Shown here piece after piece: positions 20,547 through 30,402 of a stretch of 64,000 bases of DNA. Where the stretch lies: the NCBI GenBank assembly GCA_965263355.1, contig CBDHHL010000056.1:2048001-2112000 (forward strand). The letters are read 5' to 3'. Every line of letters starts with the position of its first letter. Positions within the stretch are counted from its first letter, which is position 1. This DNA comes from Leptolyngbyaceae cyanobacterium. Its GTDB lineage: Bacteria > Cyanobacteriota > Cyanobacteriia > Phormidesmidales > Phormidesmidaceae. The notes beneath the pieces were generated by a model. The model saw only the letters and a program-made list of their open reading frames with translations, searched no databases and was not told the origin of the DNA. Made by a program: the position numbers and the translations under genes.

Positions 20547-21998
20547 ATGAAGCTTGTGAATCGTTTTGAACTACTCGAAATTTTAGACCAAGGTGGCTAT
20601 GGCATCACCTACCGAGCAATCGATCACCATCAGCCCAGTCACCCTGATTGTGTCGTTAAACAGCTGATCCACACCACGCCTAAAATTCTAGAGATGTTTC
20701 GCCAGGAGGCCAGTACCCTGGAAACAATAGGGGCACACTCCCGCATTCCTAAACTGTTGGCATATTTTGATGAGGGCAACAAATTTTACATTGCTCAGGA
20801 AATGATCCATGGCCATGATCTGAGACAAGAAATAAAAGCAGGTAAATCGCTGGACGAAAGTTATGTCACCAAGTTATTAAAAGATGTCTTGAGCGTCCTG
20901 GCCTTTGTTCATCAGCATCAAACCATTCATCGAGACATTAAGCCCGCAAACTTAATTCGTCAGGCTAGTAACGGCGATATTTTTTTAATTGACTTTGGAG
21001 TTGTCAAAGCCCTCAGCAATAGCAAAATCGACAACAAAGGACAGATGACGGCCACGGTTAACGTAGGCACACCGGGCTATGTTGCCCCTGAACAAGCACA
21101 GGGTAAACCCTGCTACGCCAGCGATCTCTATTCAGTTGGTATGTTGGCGATTGCTGCCCTCACTGACATTCATCCCCGTCAGTTAACAATTCATCCCTTA
21201 ACCCATCAGGTGCAATGGTCCAATGACAACATCAATCCAGCACTTAGAACCTTTATCAAACGGCTAGTAGAGCCTAATCCTAAGCATCGCTATCTGACTG
21301 CAGTCGAGGCTCTCAAAGGGTTTGAAAGAACCATTACAGGCATACGTGTGGGGCAAGATAGTCAACTCCCCACCCATGTTGCCGCCGGAGTTCAAGCCCC
21401 TGTGGAGTCTGAACCACCAACAAAATCGGCAAAGTTAATCCCGCCAAAACTGATTTTAAAGGTTATCGGTGCGATTACAGTGGTCTTACTCATGCTAGGG
21501 TTTGGTGTCAAAGGCTATCAATGGGCTGCCTACAACATTAGCCGCCGTTGGGACACAGTCACAGCAACGCCTAAAAGTTATGACAAAGCAAGACCAGATG
21601 AATTGGTTGCCCTGCTAGATGATGGCAGCATCCAGGCCAGACCAGAAATGGTAGACGCGTTTTGGAGCATGGTCGCTGCCGCCCAAAACGAAGGGGTGGC
21701 GCTGTTACCACTGGCAGGATATATCTCTTTATCTGATCAGCGTACACGCCTCAAGGAGAGAACAGATATCGATATTGAACAATGGCTAAAACAAAGTGAT
21801 TATCACAGCGGCTATGCTGTTGCCATTGGCGACAAAAATGCTGATGAGAGCACTGACTGGGATAGTAGCTTTGCAACAACAGATGGCTATCGCTGGCTAA
21901 AGCGCTATGCCAAAAACTATGGTTTCGAACTGTCTTACCCCCAGGGCAACCTGGCTGGAGAAGATGAGCCCTGGCACTGGCGCTATAGCGCTGAATAA
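20547..21998 (+). CDS. Ser/Thr protein kinase with TM segment and C-terminal VanY/M15B-like domain
   Basis: GGYGIT, VVK, HRDIKPAN, DFG, GTPGYVAPE; TM LILKVIGAITVVLLMLGFGV; C-terminal YGFELSYP...EPWHWRY. Confidence 0.92.
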   Translation: MKLVNRFELLEILDQGGYGITYRAIDHHQPSHPDCVVKQLIHTTPKILEMFRQEASTLETIGAHSRIPKLLAYFDEGNKFYIAQEMIHGHDLRQEIKAGKSLDESYVTKLLKDVLSVLAFVHQHQTIHRDIKPANLIRQASNGDIFLIDFGVVKALSNSKIDNKGQMTATVNVGTPGYVAPEQAQGKPCYASDLYSVGMLAIAALTDIHPRQLTIHPLTHQVQWSNDNINPALRTFIKRLVEPNPKHRYLTAVEALKGFERTITGIRVGQDSQLPTHVAAGVQAPVESEPPTKSAKLIPPKLILKVIGAITVVLLMLGFGVKGYQWAAYNISRRWDTVTATPKSYDKARPDELVALLDDGSIQARPEMVDAFWSMVAAAQNEGVALLPLAGYISLSDQRTRLKERTDIDIEQWLKQSDYHSGYAVAIGDKNADESTDWDSSFATTDGYRWLKRYAKNYGFELSYPQGNLAGEDEPWHWRYSAE

Positions 21999-22121
21999 AT
22001 GGAACGGGTATTTGTGGGCCGAGTTATAGTGGCCTTTGCCCTGGTAATTGCCGGTTATTTTGGTCAGTCACTATTCAGTCAATATATTGATACGCTAATG
22101 TTGGAGAAGGAACCACCCTAA
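21999..22121 (+). CDS. Putative 40-aa single-pass membrane protein
   Basis: ATG directly follows kinase stop; MERVFVGRVIVAFALVIAGYFGQSLFSQYIDTLMLEKEPP. Confidence 0.4.
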   Translation: MERVFVGRVIVAFALVIAGYFGQSLFSQYIDTLMLEKEPP

Positions 22122-22129
22122 CTACCCCC

Positions 22130-22771
22130 ATGGTCGCCCTTCCATCATTAGTTCCACCGCCTCAGCCCAGAGGCGAACAACGAGTCATCTTTCATAATCT
22201 TACCTGGGACGCTTATCAGCAAGTTTTACGAGCGCTAGGCACAAATCGCTCAGCTCGACTGGTTTATGACTGTGGCACGTTAGAAATTACTATGCCTCTT
22301 GAAGTCCATGAGTTTTATAGTGAACTGATTGGCCGTTTCATTTATTTTCTAGTGTCAGAAATGGGTCTAAAGCTTAAAAGCATGGGGTCAACTACCCTGG
22401 ACCGAGAAGATTTGGAGAAAGGGGCTGAACCAGACAAAGCCTATTACATTCAGAATCAGCCCAAGGTAGCTGGTAAAACGGTTGACTTAAGCCAGGATCC
22501 ACCACCAGATTTAGTAGTTGAGATAGATATTACCCATACGGATATCGACAAGCTGACGCTCTATGCCCGCATGGGAGTATCAGAATTTTGGCGATATGAC
22601 GGCAATATTTGGCATATTTATGAGTTAATTGATCATAAATACCGACAAGTTGAGATAAGCCCAACGTTTTCGTTTGTGCCTAAGGAGAAACTCTATGAGT
22701 TTTTAGAACAGGCACAGGTGGATGAAATTGAAGCAGAAAAGAGTTTACGCCAATGGATTAGAGAATCTTAA
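22130..22771 (+). CDS. Uma2 family (DUF820) endonuclease-like protein
   Basis: EPD.AYYIQN, PPPDLVVEIDIT, GVSEFWRYDG. Confidence 0.92.
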   Translation: MVALPSLVPPPQPRGEQRVIFHNLTWDAYQQVLRALGTNRSARLVYDCGTLEITMPLEVHEFYSELIGRFIYFLVSEMGLKLKSMGSTTLDREDLEKGAEPDKAYYIQNQPKVAGKTVDLSQDPPPDLVVEIDITHTDIDKLTLYARMGVSEFWRYDGNIWHIYELIDHKYRQVEISPTFSFVPKEKLYEFLEQAQVDEIEAEKSLRQWIRES

Positions 22772-22796
22772 AAGAGGATACCCAACGGTTTGTCCC

Positions 22797-23268
22797 CTAT
22801 GACCATATGCGTCTCAAGTCTAGAATAAAGCCAGGTAATATACTTTCTCCTGAAAGGGTTTCTGGATTTTTAATATAACGTTCTCTTGTCCTGCTCGATA
22901 AATTTCTACGCATTTAGTTTGTGGATCGATTAACCAGCCTAAACTAGCGCCATTATTCACATACTCTTGCATTTTCTCTTGCAGCTTTGTCAAGCTATCG
23001 GAGGCCGAACGTAGCTCAGTAACAAAGTCAGGACATAGGGAAATAAACCTCTAACGCTGTTCTAGGCTCAAGGCTTCCCAACGTTCTAAGGGTATCCAGA
23101 AAGCATCAGGGGAACGATCCCCGCCCCGTTGGGCAGATGGAAGCTGGTTGATGAATCGAAGGCAATGCCGCTACCGCCTTGTTCTTCTATCCATTTGACT
23201 AGGAAGTAGGCAATTTTAATATTGCGATGGCCAGTTTCTCCGCCAGTCGGTGGATTTACACGGTTAGT
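22797..23268 (-). pseudogene. Degraded Uma2 family gene
   Basis: Fragments PPTGGETGHRN, FDSST.FHLPNG, CPDFVTELRSASD, KMQEYVNNGASLGWLIDP with frameshifts/stops. Confidence 0.8.
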
Positions 23269-23270
23269 AA

Positions 23271-23335
23271 CGTTGGGTTAATGCAAGGTATCCCGATGAG
23301 GCGAAACATGTTGGTGGAGGGTTAACCCAACCTAC
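23271..23335. repeat. REP-like palindromic element (GTTGGGTTAA...TTAACCCAACCTAC)
   Basis: 10-bp inverted repeat with terminal CTAC (GTAG) tetranucleotide. Confidence 0.6.
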
Positions 23336-23401
23336 GTTTATGGGTGTTGGTAGGGCCAAGCGGGTCTTCGGGGTTATCCTACCAAAACGCTTGGCCCAGG
23401 G

Positions 23402-23752
23402 TTATTTTTGGAGGTGGTTACCCACGTCGCCGGAGAACGGTTCTGGACTCCCAAATGTACGCTCGATAAATTCCTGCACCAGATAAAACCGATTTGTCTG
23501 CTCAAATGACGCTAACAGTCGAGGAATCTGGTCATGCTCCCCCAGCCGCTCCAGCATTTCAGCTTCCTGATGGAATAGGCGAATAATTTGAGGATCGTTT
23601 TGATGATGGTGATGTAGTTCTTTCACCACACATAGAGGCTTTCCTGGCCGCATTGTATCTTTAGCCAGGTGGGTAATTCCAAATCCACCTTGGCTAAGTT
23701 GCTTAATGACTTGATAACGACCACCCAACATATGCATTTTGCCTAGGAACAC
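23402..23752 (-). pseudogene. Truncated Ser/Thr kinase (N-lobe only)
   Basis: RYQVIKQLSQGGFGIT...CVVKEL...YLVQEFIE, then diverges; no HRD or DFG. Confidence 0.8.
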
Positions 23753-23897
23753 ACTGATATATCAATTGATACATATCTGATAATTGATAACAGGTAAACC
23801 ACTTTATTTTCCGGTATTCCTTCGAATCTTGAAAAGATACTAGATAATAAAAGCGGCAATTGTCCTTTAAAGAATTGTTTTTAGTGGTTCTTTAACA

Positions 23898-24971
23898 TCA
23901 AATTAATGGCTCACAGACGACTCGGAAGCCAAAGGAATTACTACGGCCTTCTTGGGTATTTTTATCGCGGGCGGCTGAACGACAAACAGGCGTATCGTTA
24001 AACCAAGAACCACCCCGCATGACCTTAGACGCATTGGCCTTGTTCGACACCCATTGGTTTGCATCACTAGGAGCACCGTTATAACTATCGTGATAATCAT
24101 CAGAACACCACTCATGCACATTGCCATGCATGTTGTATAAGCCAAAGGCATTGGGCCAAAAGCTATCGGCAGCGACAGGAATATTGCGATAGTTCTCTTC
24201 AAAGTTCTCGGTAAAGGAGAAATCTGCAAAAAAGTTGGCAATTTCTGTTGTCAGGGTATCACCAAAACAAAATGGAGTTGTTGTCCCAGCGCGACAGGCA
24301 TATTCCCACTCTGCTTCAGTGGGCAACCGATAGGTGCGTTTCGTCAGCTCACTTAGCTGCTGACAAAAAAGATCAGCCTCTTGCCAGGTAATCTGCTCCA
24401 CTGGCAAATTCGTGCCATCCTCAACTTGATCATCGGCAAAGTACGATGGGTTATTCCCCATGACAGCCTCATATTGCTGCTGGGTAATGGCATAGGCCCC
24501 TATATAAAAACTAGGTACCTGGATCGAGCGCTGCGGTCCCTCTTGATCCTGACGGCTGGGCTCAGTGGGCGGAGACCCCATTAAAAACTCCCCTGCCGGT
24601 ATCTGTACCATGCGCAGGGGCAAGGCCTTATTCAAGGCTTGCCGTAGATAGGGTTCATCAAAATAGGCGACCTTAATACTTGGTTCAGCCATTATCTGTC
24701 CATCGGCATCCACCTGCACTGTCTTTAGACTGCGGGTCTTGAGGGGTTGCCCGGTAGGTGCAATGGCTGACGATGCGCTTTTACACCCCACAGCGCCTAC
24801 CGCCGCTGCGGTAGAAAAACCCAGAAATTTCAATGCTTTGCGTCGAGAGCATTGATGCTCAAGTCCCTGACTCGACCAAAGCAGCTGCCCCTGCCCCATA
24901 TCGTCCTTGATAAGAGACGTACCCCCTACAGCACCTAATTTTTTAATGACCTGGTAACGACTGCCTAACAT
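23898..24971 (-). CDS. Formylglycine-generating enzyme (SUMF1/FGE-sulfatase) domain protein
   Basis: FLMGSP, YRLPTEAEWEYACRAG, NAFGLYNMHGNVHEWC, RGGSW, GFRVV. Confidence 0.9.
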   Translation of the reverse strand: MLGSRYQVIKKLGAVGGTSLIKDDMGQGQLLWSSQGLEHQCSRRKALKFLGFSTAAAVGAVGCKSASSAIAPTGQPLKTRSLKTVQVDADGQIMAEPSIKVAYFDEPYLRQALNKALPLRMVQIPAGEFLMGSPPTEPSRQDQEGPQRSIQVPSFYIGAYAITQQQYEAVMGNNPSYFADDQVEDGTNLPVEQITWQEADLFCQQLSELTKRTYRLPTEAEWEYACRAGTTTPFCFGDTLTTEIANFFADFSFTENFEENYRNIPVAADSFWPNAFGLYNMHGNVHEWCSDDYHDSYNGAPSDANQWVSNKANASKVMRGGSWFNDTPVCRSAARDKNTQEGRSNSFGFRVVCEPLI

Positions 24972-25121
24972 AGATTCCTTAACTAAGGACACCCTTCTCA
25001 GTGATCCAATACCAGATAATTCGTTAGGTTTTGCAGCAACACTGAACTCGCAGCCCAAAAAAAACTAAAACCCAATGTATTCGTGAAGTTTTACAGAGGT
25101 TTTGGTCTGATCACACATCAT

Positions 25122-26846
25122 TTACGGTTGAAACTGCTTAGCGTAAAAGCTGGCATAGCGTCCTGATTGCTGCAGCAACTCTGCATGGGTGCCGGATTCG
25201 ATGATACGGCGTTTTTCCATCACCAGGATGAGATCGCACCCCCTCACCGTCGCCAACCGATGGGCAATGACAAACACCGTCCGTCCCTGCATGAGTCGTT
25301 CCAAGGCTTCCTGCACCAAGACTTCTGACTCGGCATCCAGGGCAGAGGTGGCCTCATCTAAAATTAGGATCTTTGGATCGAAGAGGATAGCGCGTGCGAT
25401 CGCAATCCGCTGCCGCTGCCCTCCCGATAAATTCACACCCCGTTCCCCGACCCAAGTGTGGTAGCCCTGGGAAAACTGACTAATAAATCCATGGGCATTG
25501 GCCACCCGTGCCGCCGCTTCTACATCTGCTAGGTTAAAGTCTTTTTGACCAAACGCAATATTCTCAGCAATCGTTCCTGAAAACAATATATTCTCTTGGG
25601 GAACAATGCCGATCTGATTACGTAAACTTTGCAGCGTTACCGTCCGAATATTAATGCCATCGATCAAAATCTCTCCGGTGGCCACATCATAAAAACGCGG
25701 CAACAGATTCACCAACGTGGTTTTGCCTGCCCCCGATAGACCAACTAATGCAATGGTTTGGCCCGGTTCTGCGGTCAGAGTAACGCCCTGGAGCACTGGC
25801 TGATCGGCCTGATAGGAAAAGCTTACATCCCGATAAGTCACCCGCCCAATTACCTCAGTGAGCGGTTGCGCGTCGGGCACATCTTGCACCAGCGGTTTGA
25901 GTTGCAACAGCTCCAGGGCTCGATCCACGGAGGCCTCCCCCTGCTTAAACTCATTAAAGTTTTGAATCACATGATTCACTGGGTCCAGCAGCAATAGCGC
26001 ATTAATCACATAGGTGCCAAAGCCTTCACTGGCCAGGTTACCAATACTAATTTGCCAGGTGCCCACCAGTAGCAACACCACAATCATCCCAGCATAGAGA
26101 AATCCCACCACCGGAAATTGCACAGCCTGCAACCAGGCAACCGCATAGCGAGCATCACGATTTTGAGCAGAGGCTTGGGCAAAGCGCTCGATTTCATAGT
26201 CTTCTGCCGCAAAGGCTTGGATTAACCGGATACCACTAAAGACTTCGGCAATATGAGACGAGAGATCGGCCACCTTATCCTGGCTACGGCGAGACGCGGT
26301 CAGCATTTTCTCCCCAAACCAGCCAGACAATATAGCCAACAGCGGAATCAGAATTAATGCAGTTCCCGTCAGCTGCCAGTTGAGATAGATCATGTAGCCA
26401 AACACAACCACCAGCTGTAATACCGAGGGAATAAAGTCATGGAAGAGTTTATAAACAACCTCGCCGATGCGATCCACATCTTCAGTGAGACGATAGGCCA
26501 GGTCACCGGTTTTGGTTTGCGCAAAGTAAGGCAGACTGAGCGTTTGTAGATGGCTATAAACACGGGTACGCAACTGATGAGCGACGCGAAACGCAACCTT
26601 GGCCATCAAAGAATCTTGTCCATATTGAGCCGCCTTTTGAATCAGCAAGCCCGCAAGGAGTACGACAGCAACTTGGCCAAAGGCAACAACCTGGCCTTGC
26701 ACCAGGGCAGAAACAGCTAAACCACCCAATTTGGCTAAAATCGGCCAGTAAATCGTGAAGACTAGCGTGCACAAAAAAGCAGGCATCAAGACGGCCTGCT
26801 GGCGACGTATGTAGGGTAGCAGCTGCCAGTAGTGGGGGCGGTTCAA
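25122..26846 (-). CDS. ABC exporter, fused permease/ATPase (MsbA-like)
   Basis: TM domain; GLSGAGKT; LSGGQRQR; ILDEATSALD. Confidence 0.93.
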   Translation of the reverse strand: MNRPHYWQLLPYIRRQQAVLMPAFLCTLVFTIYWPILAKLGGLAVSALVQGQVVAFGQVAVVLLAGLLIQKAAQYGQDSLMAKVAFRVAHQLRTRVYSHLQTLSLPYFAQTKTGDLAYRLTEDVDRIGEVVYKLFHDFIPSVLQLVVVFGYMIYLNWQLTGTALILIPLLAILSGWFGEKMLTASRRSQDKVADLSSHIAEVFSGIRLIQAFAAEDYEIERFAQASAQNRDARYAVAWLQAVQFPVVGFLYAGMIVVLLLVGTWQISIGNLASEGFGTYVINALLLLDPVNHVIQNFNEFKQGEASVDRALELLQLKPLVQDVPDAQPLTEVIGRVTYRDVSFSYQADQPVLQGVTLTAEPGQTIALVGLSGAGKTTLVNLLPRFYDVATGEILIDGINIRTVTLQSLRNQIGIVPQENILFSGTIAENIAFGQKDFNLADVEAAARVANAHGFISQFSQGYHTWVGERGVNLSGGQRQRIAIARAILFDPKILILDEATSALDAESEVLVQEALERLMQGRTVFVIAHRLATVRGCDLILVMEKRRIIESGTHAELLQQSGRYASFYAKQFQP

Positions 26847-26970
26847 GGCGGTGGGAAGATGACTGTCATGGATACGCTACCAGGTTTTCCTGACTTCTTC
26901 ATGAGGGCGGGGACAAGATGCTGCCCTTACCATGATTAAATGTGTACGCACATGGAACTCATACACCGTT

Positions 26971-27549
26971 ATGCCTACTGTCATCGTCGCCACTGGCAAC
27001 CCTGGGAAGTTAAAGGAAATGCAGGTTTACTTGACACCCCTGGGCTGGGACTTGCAGCTCAAGCCTGAGGAGATTGACGTGGATGAAACGGGGACAACAT
27101 TTATGGAAAATGCCCGGTTAAAGGCAAGGGAAGTGGCGATCGCAACTAACCAATGGGCCATTGCCGACGACTCGGGTCTAAAAATCGATGCCTTAAACGG
27201 TGCCCCCGGTCTCTACTCTGCCCGCTACGGCAAGGATGACCAGGACCGCATTAATCGAGTCCTGCGCGAAATGAGTGAGGCCCAAGACCGCAATGCTCAG
27301 TTTGTCTGTGCCCTGGCCCTGGCCCGTCCGGATGGCACCATCGCCCTAGAAACTGAAGGCATCTGCCCTGGTGAAATTCTCACGGAGCCCAAAGGCAGCA
27401 ACGGTTTTGGCTACGACCCCATTTTTTACGTCCCCAGTGAAGGTAAAAGCTTTGCCGAGATGAGCCGTCAGCAAAAAGAAACCTATAGCCATCGGGGCAT
27501 TGCATTTGCCCAAATTATGGAGCAGCTGGAACAGTTGACAATGACCTAA
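26971..27549 (+). CDS. rdgB: Non-canonical purine NTP pyrophosphatase (Ham1)
   Basis: ATGNPGK, ADDSGL, GAPGLYSAR, GFGYDPIF, SHRG. Confidence 0.95.
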   Translation: MPTVIVATGNPGKLKEMQVYLTPLGWDLQLKPEEIDVDETGTTFMENARLKAREVAIATNQWAIADDSGLKIDALNGAPGLYSARYGKDDQDRINRVLREMSEAQDRNAQFVCALALARPDGTIALETEGICPGEILTEPKGSNGFGYDPIFYVPSEGKSFAEMSRQQKETYSHRGIAFAQIMEQLEQLTMT

Positions 27550-27637
27550 GCAACAAAGGTGAAACTAGAGTCAATCAACAACCAAGTACAAATGAACCTA
27601 TAATATACTAGGATTAGCGTCTGAATTCCCGAGATCT

Positions 27638-27925
27638 ATGGTTGCCACGTCTACCAACTTGAGCATTCGTTGGGAAAAGCTACCCAAGCATTATGTTCTG
27701 CCGGATGATCCTGTGGACAATATTAGCCAACCCTTTATTGCCGCTGCGCTGAGTGAAAACCTTTCTATCGCTGGTCGGATTTCGGCAACAGCCCTGATAA
27801 CAACCAACTACGGCCTCTGTGCCACAGTCAACGATAAAACCGTAGTCAAGGCTCCTGATTGGGCGTTTATACCCCACATCACCGTACCTAGAGCAGACAT
27901 CGAACGGAGTTATACCCCATATTAG
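27638..27925 (+). pseudogene. 3'-truncated Uma2 family gene
   Basis: WEKLP..YVLPDDPVDN..QP...KAPDW...RSYTP N-terminus, ends early. Confidence 0.75.
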
Positions 27926-28060
27926 TTTCCCTGCGATATCGGATGCTATCAGTCAGGATTTCGTCTGATTAGCCTTGTGTGAGTAGCAATAAAAAGCTGC
28001 CTTCCACTTAGAAGACAGCCTATATGAGTAATTCGATAACTTTTCGTAACGAAAAGGGCC

Positions 28061-28183
28061 TTATTCTTCGCTAAACATGGATTGAATCTGACCTAGTGCA
28101 GCTTGGAAAATGTTAAACCCTGCCCAGCCCGCAGCTAGGGCAATGGGAGCAAGTACAGCTACAACCCGGAAATCAATGTCCAT
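28061..28183 (-). CDS. psbY: Photosystem II protein Y (below ORF-track cut-off)
   Basis: Manual translation MDIDFRVVAVLAPIALAAGWAGFNIFQAALGQIQSMFSEE; AGGAGG RBS upstream. Confidence 0.9.
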   Translation of the reverse strand: MDIDFRVVAVLAPIALAAGWAGFNIFQAALGQIQSMFSEE

Positions 28184-28407
28184 TACCGAACCTCCTGCGG
28201 AGAAAAACGTTTTAATAAATACTTAGATACAAGTCTCTCATAAACCATGCTCGGTTTGAAGTGGGGGTATCGGCTTCGCTGAAAGTTATTACCACTAACC
28301 ACCTGTGTTAGCTGGTGGACAATGCCCACCCTACAAATGCCTACAAATGCCTGATGTCTATTACTTGGGGGCATTGCAAGCCCCTAACCGTAGCCCATTT
28401 CCTTTTT

Positions 28408-28665
28408 ATGAAACTACCTGATCTGGACTCCGATACGATGAACCGTGTTATCGAGATGGCATGGGAGGACCGTACCCCATTTGAGGCGATTGAACTTCAA
28501 TATGGCCTCAAGGAAAAGCAGGTCATTGCTTTAATGCGTAGGCAAATGCAGCACTCTAGCTTTAAGATGTGGCGCAAGCGGGTAACCGGACGAAAAACTA
28601 AGCATCTAAAGCAGCGAGGTTTTGACAGCGGTCGCTTCCATTCGCAAAATCAAAAGGGTTCATAA
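28408..28665 (+). CDS. TIGR03643/DUF2805 family protein
   Basis: RVIEMAWEDRTPFEAIE.QYGL.E..VI..MR...SSFKMWRKRV.GR.TKH. Confidence 0.88.
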   Translation: MKLPDLDSDTMNRVIEMAWEDRTPFEAIELQYGLKEKQVIALMRRQMQHSSFKMWRKRVTGRKTKHLKQRGFDSGRFHSQNQKGS

Positions 28666-28686
28666 CTCACAGCTGTTTCGTTCACT

Positions 28687-29433
28687 ATGACTCATCGTCC
28701 CGTCGCCGCCATTACCGGTGCTTCCAGTGGTATTGGTCGTGCGATCGCAACCCGCCTCGCAGCGGATGGCTATGACTTAGCCCTGTGTGCCCGTCGTCAG
28801 CAGCGTCTGACCGAGCTAGCTGAAAAATTATCCCAGCAGCATGGAGCGGCAGTGCTGACGAAAAATGTTGACCTGCGAGATGAACCACAGATTTTGCAGT
28901 GGTTTAGTGCGATCGCAACCCGCTTTAACCGCCTGGACGTTCTCGTTAATAACGCTGGCCTTGGCTATCAAGAATCCCTCACCAGCGGCAGTACCGCAAA
29001 ATGGCGCGAAACCTTAGAGGTTAATGTCATTGCCCTCTCTATCTGCACCCGTGAAGCGATCCAGCTCATGCGGCATCTGGGTAACGACCAGGGCCATGTG
29101 GTCCATATCAGCTCTATGTCAGGCCATCGAGTTCCCGGTAGCGGCATGTACTCGGCATCTAAATTTGCCGTCCGTGCCCTCACCGAAGGACTACGACAAG
29201 AACTGCGGGCAAATCAAAGCGCTATTCGCATTTCCTCCATCAGTCCTGGCTTTGTGGAAACCGAGTTTGCAGAAAAATACTCCGGTAGCATCGAGCAAGC
29301 TCAACAGGTCTATAGCCAATTCCAAGTGCTGCAGCCCAAGGATATTGCTAACGCTATCGCTTATGTCTTAAGCCAACCTGACTATGTGCAGGTGCATGAC
29401 ATTTTGATCAGACCCACCCACCAGATCAGTTAA
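28687..29433 (+). CDS. SDR family oxidoreductase
   Basis: TGASSGIG, NNAG, YSASK. Confidence 0.93.
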   Translation: MTHRPVAAITGASSGIGRAIATRLAADGYDLALCARRQQRLTELAEKLSQQHGAAVLTKNVDLRDEPQILQWFSAIATRFNRLDVLVNNAGLGYQESLTSGSTAKWRETLEVNVIALSICTREAIQLMRHLGNDQGHVVHISSMSGHRVPGSGMYSASKFAVRALTEGLRQELRANQSAIRISSISPGFVETEFAEKYSGSIEQAQQVYSQFQVLQPKDIANAIAYVLSQPDYVQVHDILIRPTHQIS

Positions 29434-30296
29434 GCCTGCTCCATCCAGTCAATACAGATTTGCAACTCCTTCGCCATGGCATCGCTGTGAAACCGACGAC
29501 CGTGACCAGGGATTACCCACTCAAAGGGATAGTCTGCCAAACGTTTCATTGACTTGATTTGCTCTGCCCAGGAATACCAACAATAACGGCGGAACGCGTG
29601 GAGGTGCCCCAGGTAAACTGACCAGGCAAGGTGATCGCCTGTGAAGAGAAACTTGTTCTTATATAGCAAGACAGTATGGCCTTTGCTATGGCCAGGGACT
29701 GGAATGATAGTTATGTCAGTTGCCAGCTGATAGGGGGCTTGGCCTGTTAGCTGGATTTCGACAGCTTGGGTGTCGGTGGTAATGTCGTCGGCGTGGAGAA
29801 TGCGATCGCAACCAAAATGCTGCTGAAACTTAGCATGATCCGCCACATCATCCCGATGGGTGAGATACAAATACTGAACGCCTCCCATAGTCTCCAACTG
29901 TTTCACTAAAGGGGGTGTAAACCGAGGAGAATCAATCAACATATTTCCTTCGGGCCGCTGAATCAAGTAGCTAGCAGCGGCATAGGATTTCTCCGAGTGA
30001 TAGCCACAGTGATACACATTGTCCTCAATCAGATCTGGCAGCTGAGCCTGGGCCTGCTTTATATCCTTGGGTGTGGCCACCGTTCCAATTGATGCCGTCG
30101 GACAAGACAACAACGCCTTTAATGATTGAATCCGTTGCTCTGGCGTTTGCGGTTGAGTATGTACTGCCGACATATCTCCATCCCGACCAAACACCTCGGG
30201 AGCCATCCACCGACACGTATCACAATCAATACAAGTAGAATCCACAAACAGATCGCCGTCAACATTCTCCTGGCGACGGGCCGTAAGCTGAGCCAT
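29430..30296 (-). CDS. Ferredoxin-fused MBL-fold metallohydrolase
   Basis: CIDCDTC...CP cluster; THRDDVADH; PGHSKGH; FTGDH; PGHG. Confidence 0.9.
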   Translation of the reverse strand: MAQLTARRQENVDGDLFVDSTCIDCDTCRWMAPEVFGRDGDMSAVHTQPQTPEQRIQSLKALLSCPTASIGTVATPKDIKQAQAQLPDLIEDNVYHCGYHSEKSYAAASYLIQRPEGNMLIDSPRFTPPLVKQLETMGGVQYLYLTHRDDVADHAKFQQHFGCDRILHADDITTDTQAVEIQLTGQAPYQLATDITIIPVPGHSKGHTVLLYKNKFLFTGDHLAWSVYLGHLHAFRRYCWYSWAEQIKSMKRLADYPFEWVIPGHGRRFHSDAMAKELQICIDWMEQA

Positions 30297-30335
30297 AATA
30301 CTACCCCGCTGTGTTTTCTCTCCAGTCTAGTCAAT

Positions 30336-30397
30336 AGAACTCAAACCGTTGGCTGAGTGAAACAGAACTCAAACCGTTCGCTGAGCGAAGCCAAAGC
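30336..30397. repeat. 28-bp-period duplication with REP-like CTGAGCGAAG motif
   Basis: AGAACTCAAACCGTT(G/C)GCTGAG(T/C)GAA twice; related to 59466-59489. Confidence 0.55.
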
Positions 30398-30402
30398 CAC
30401 GG

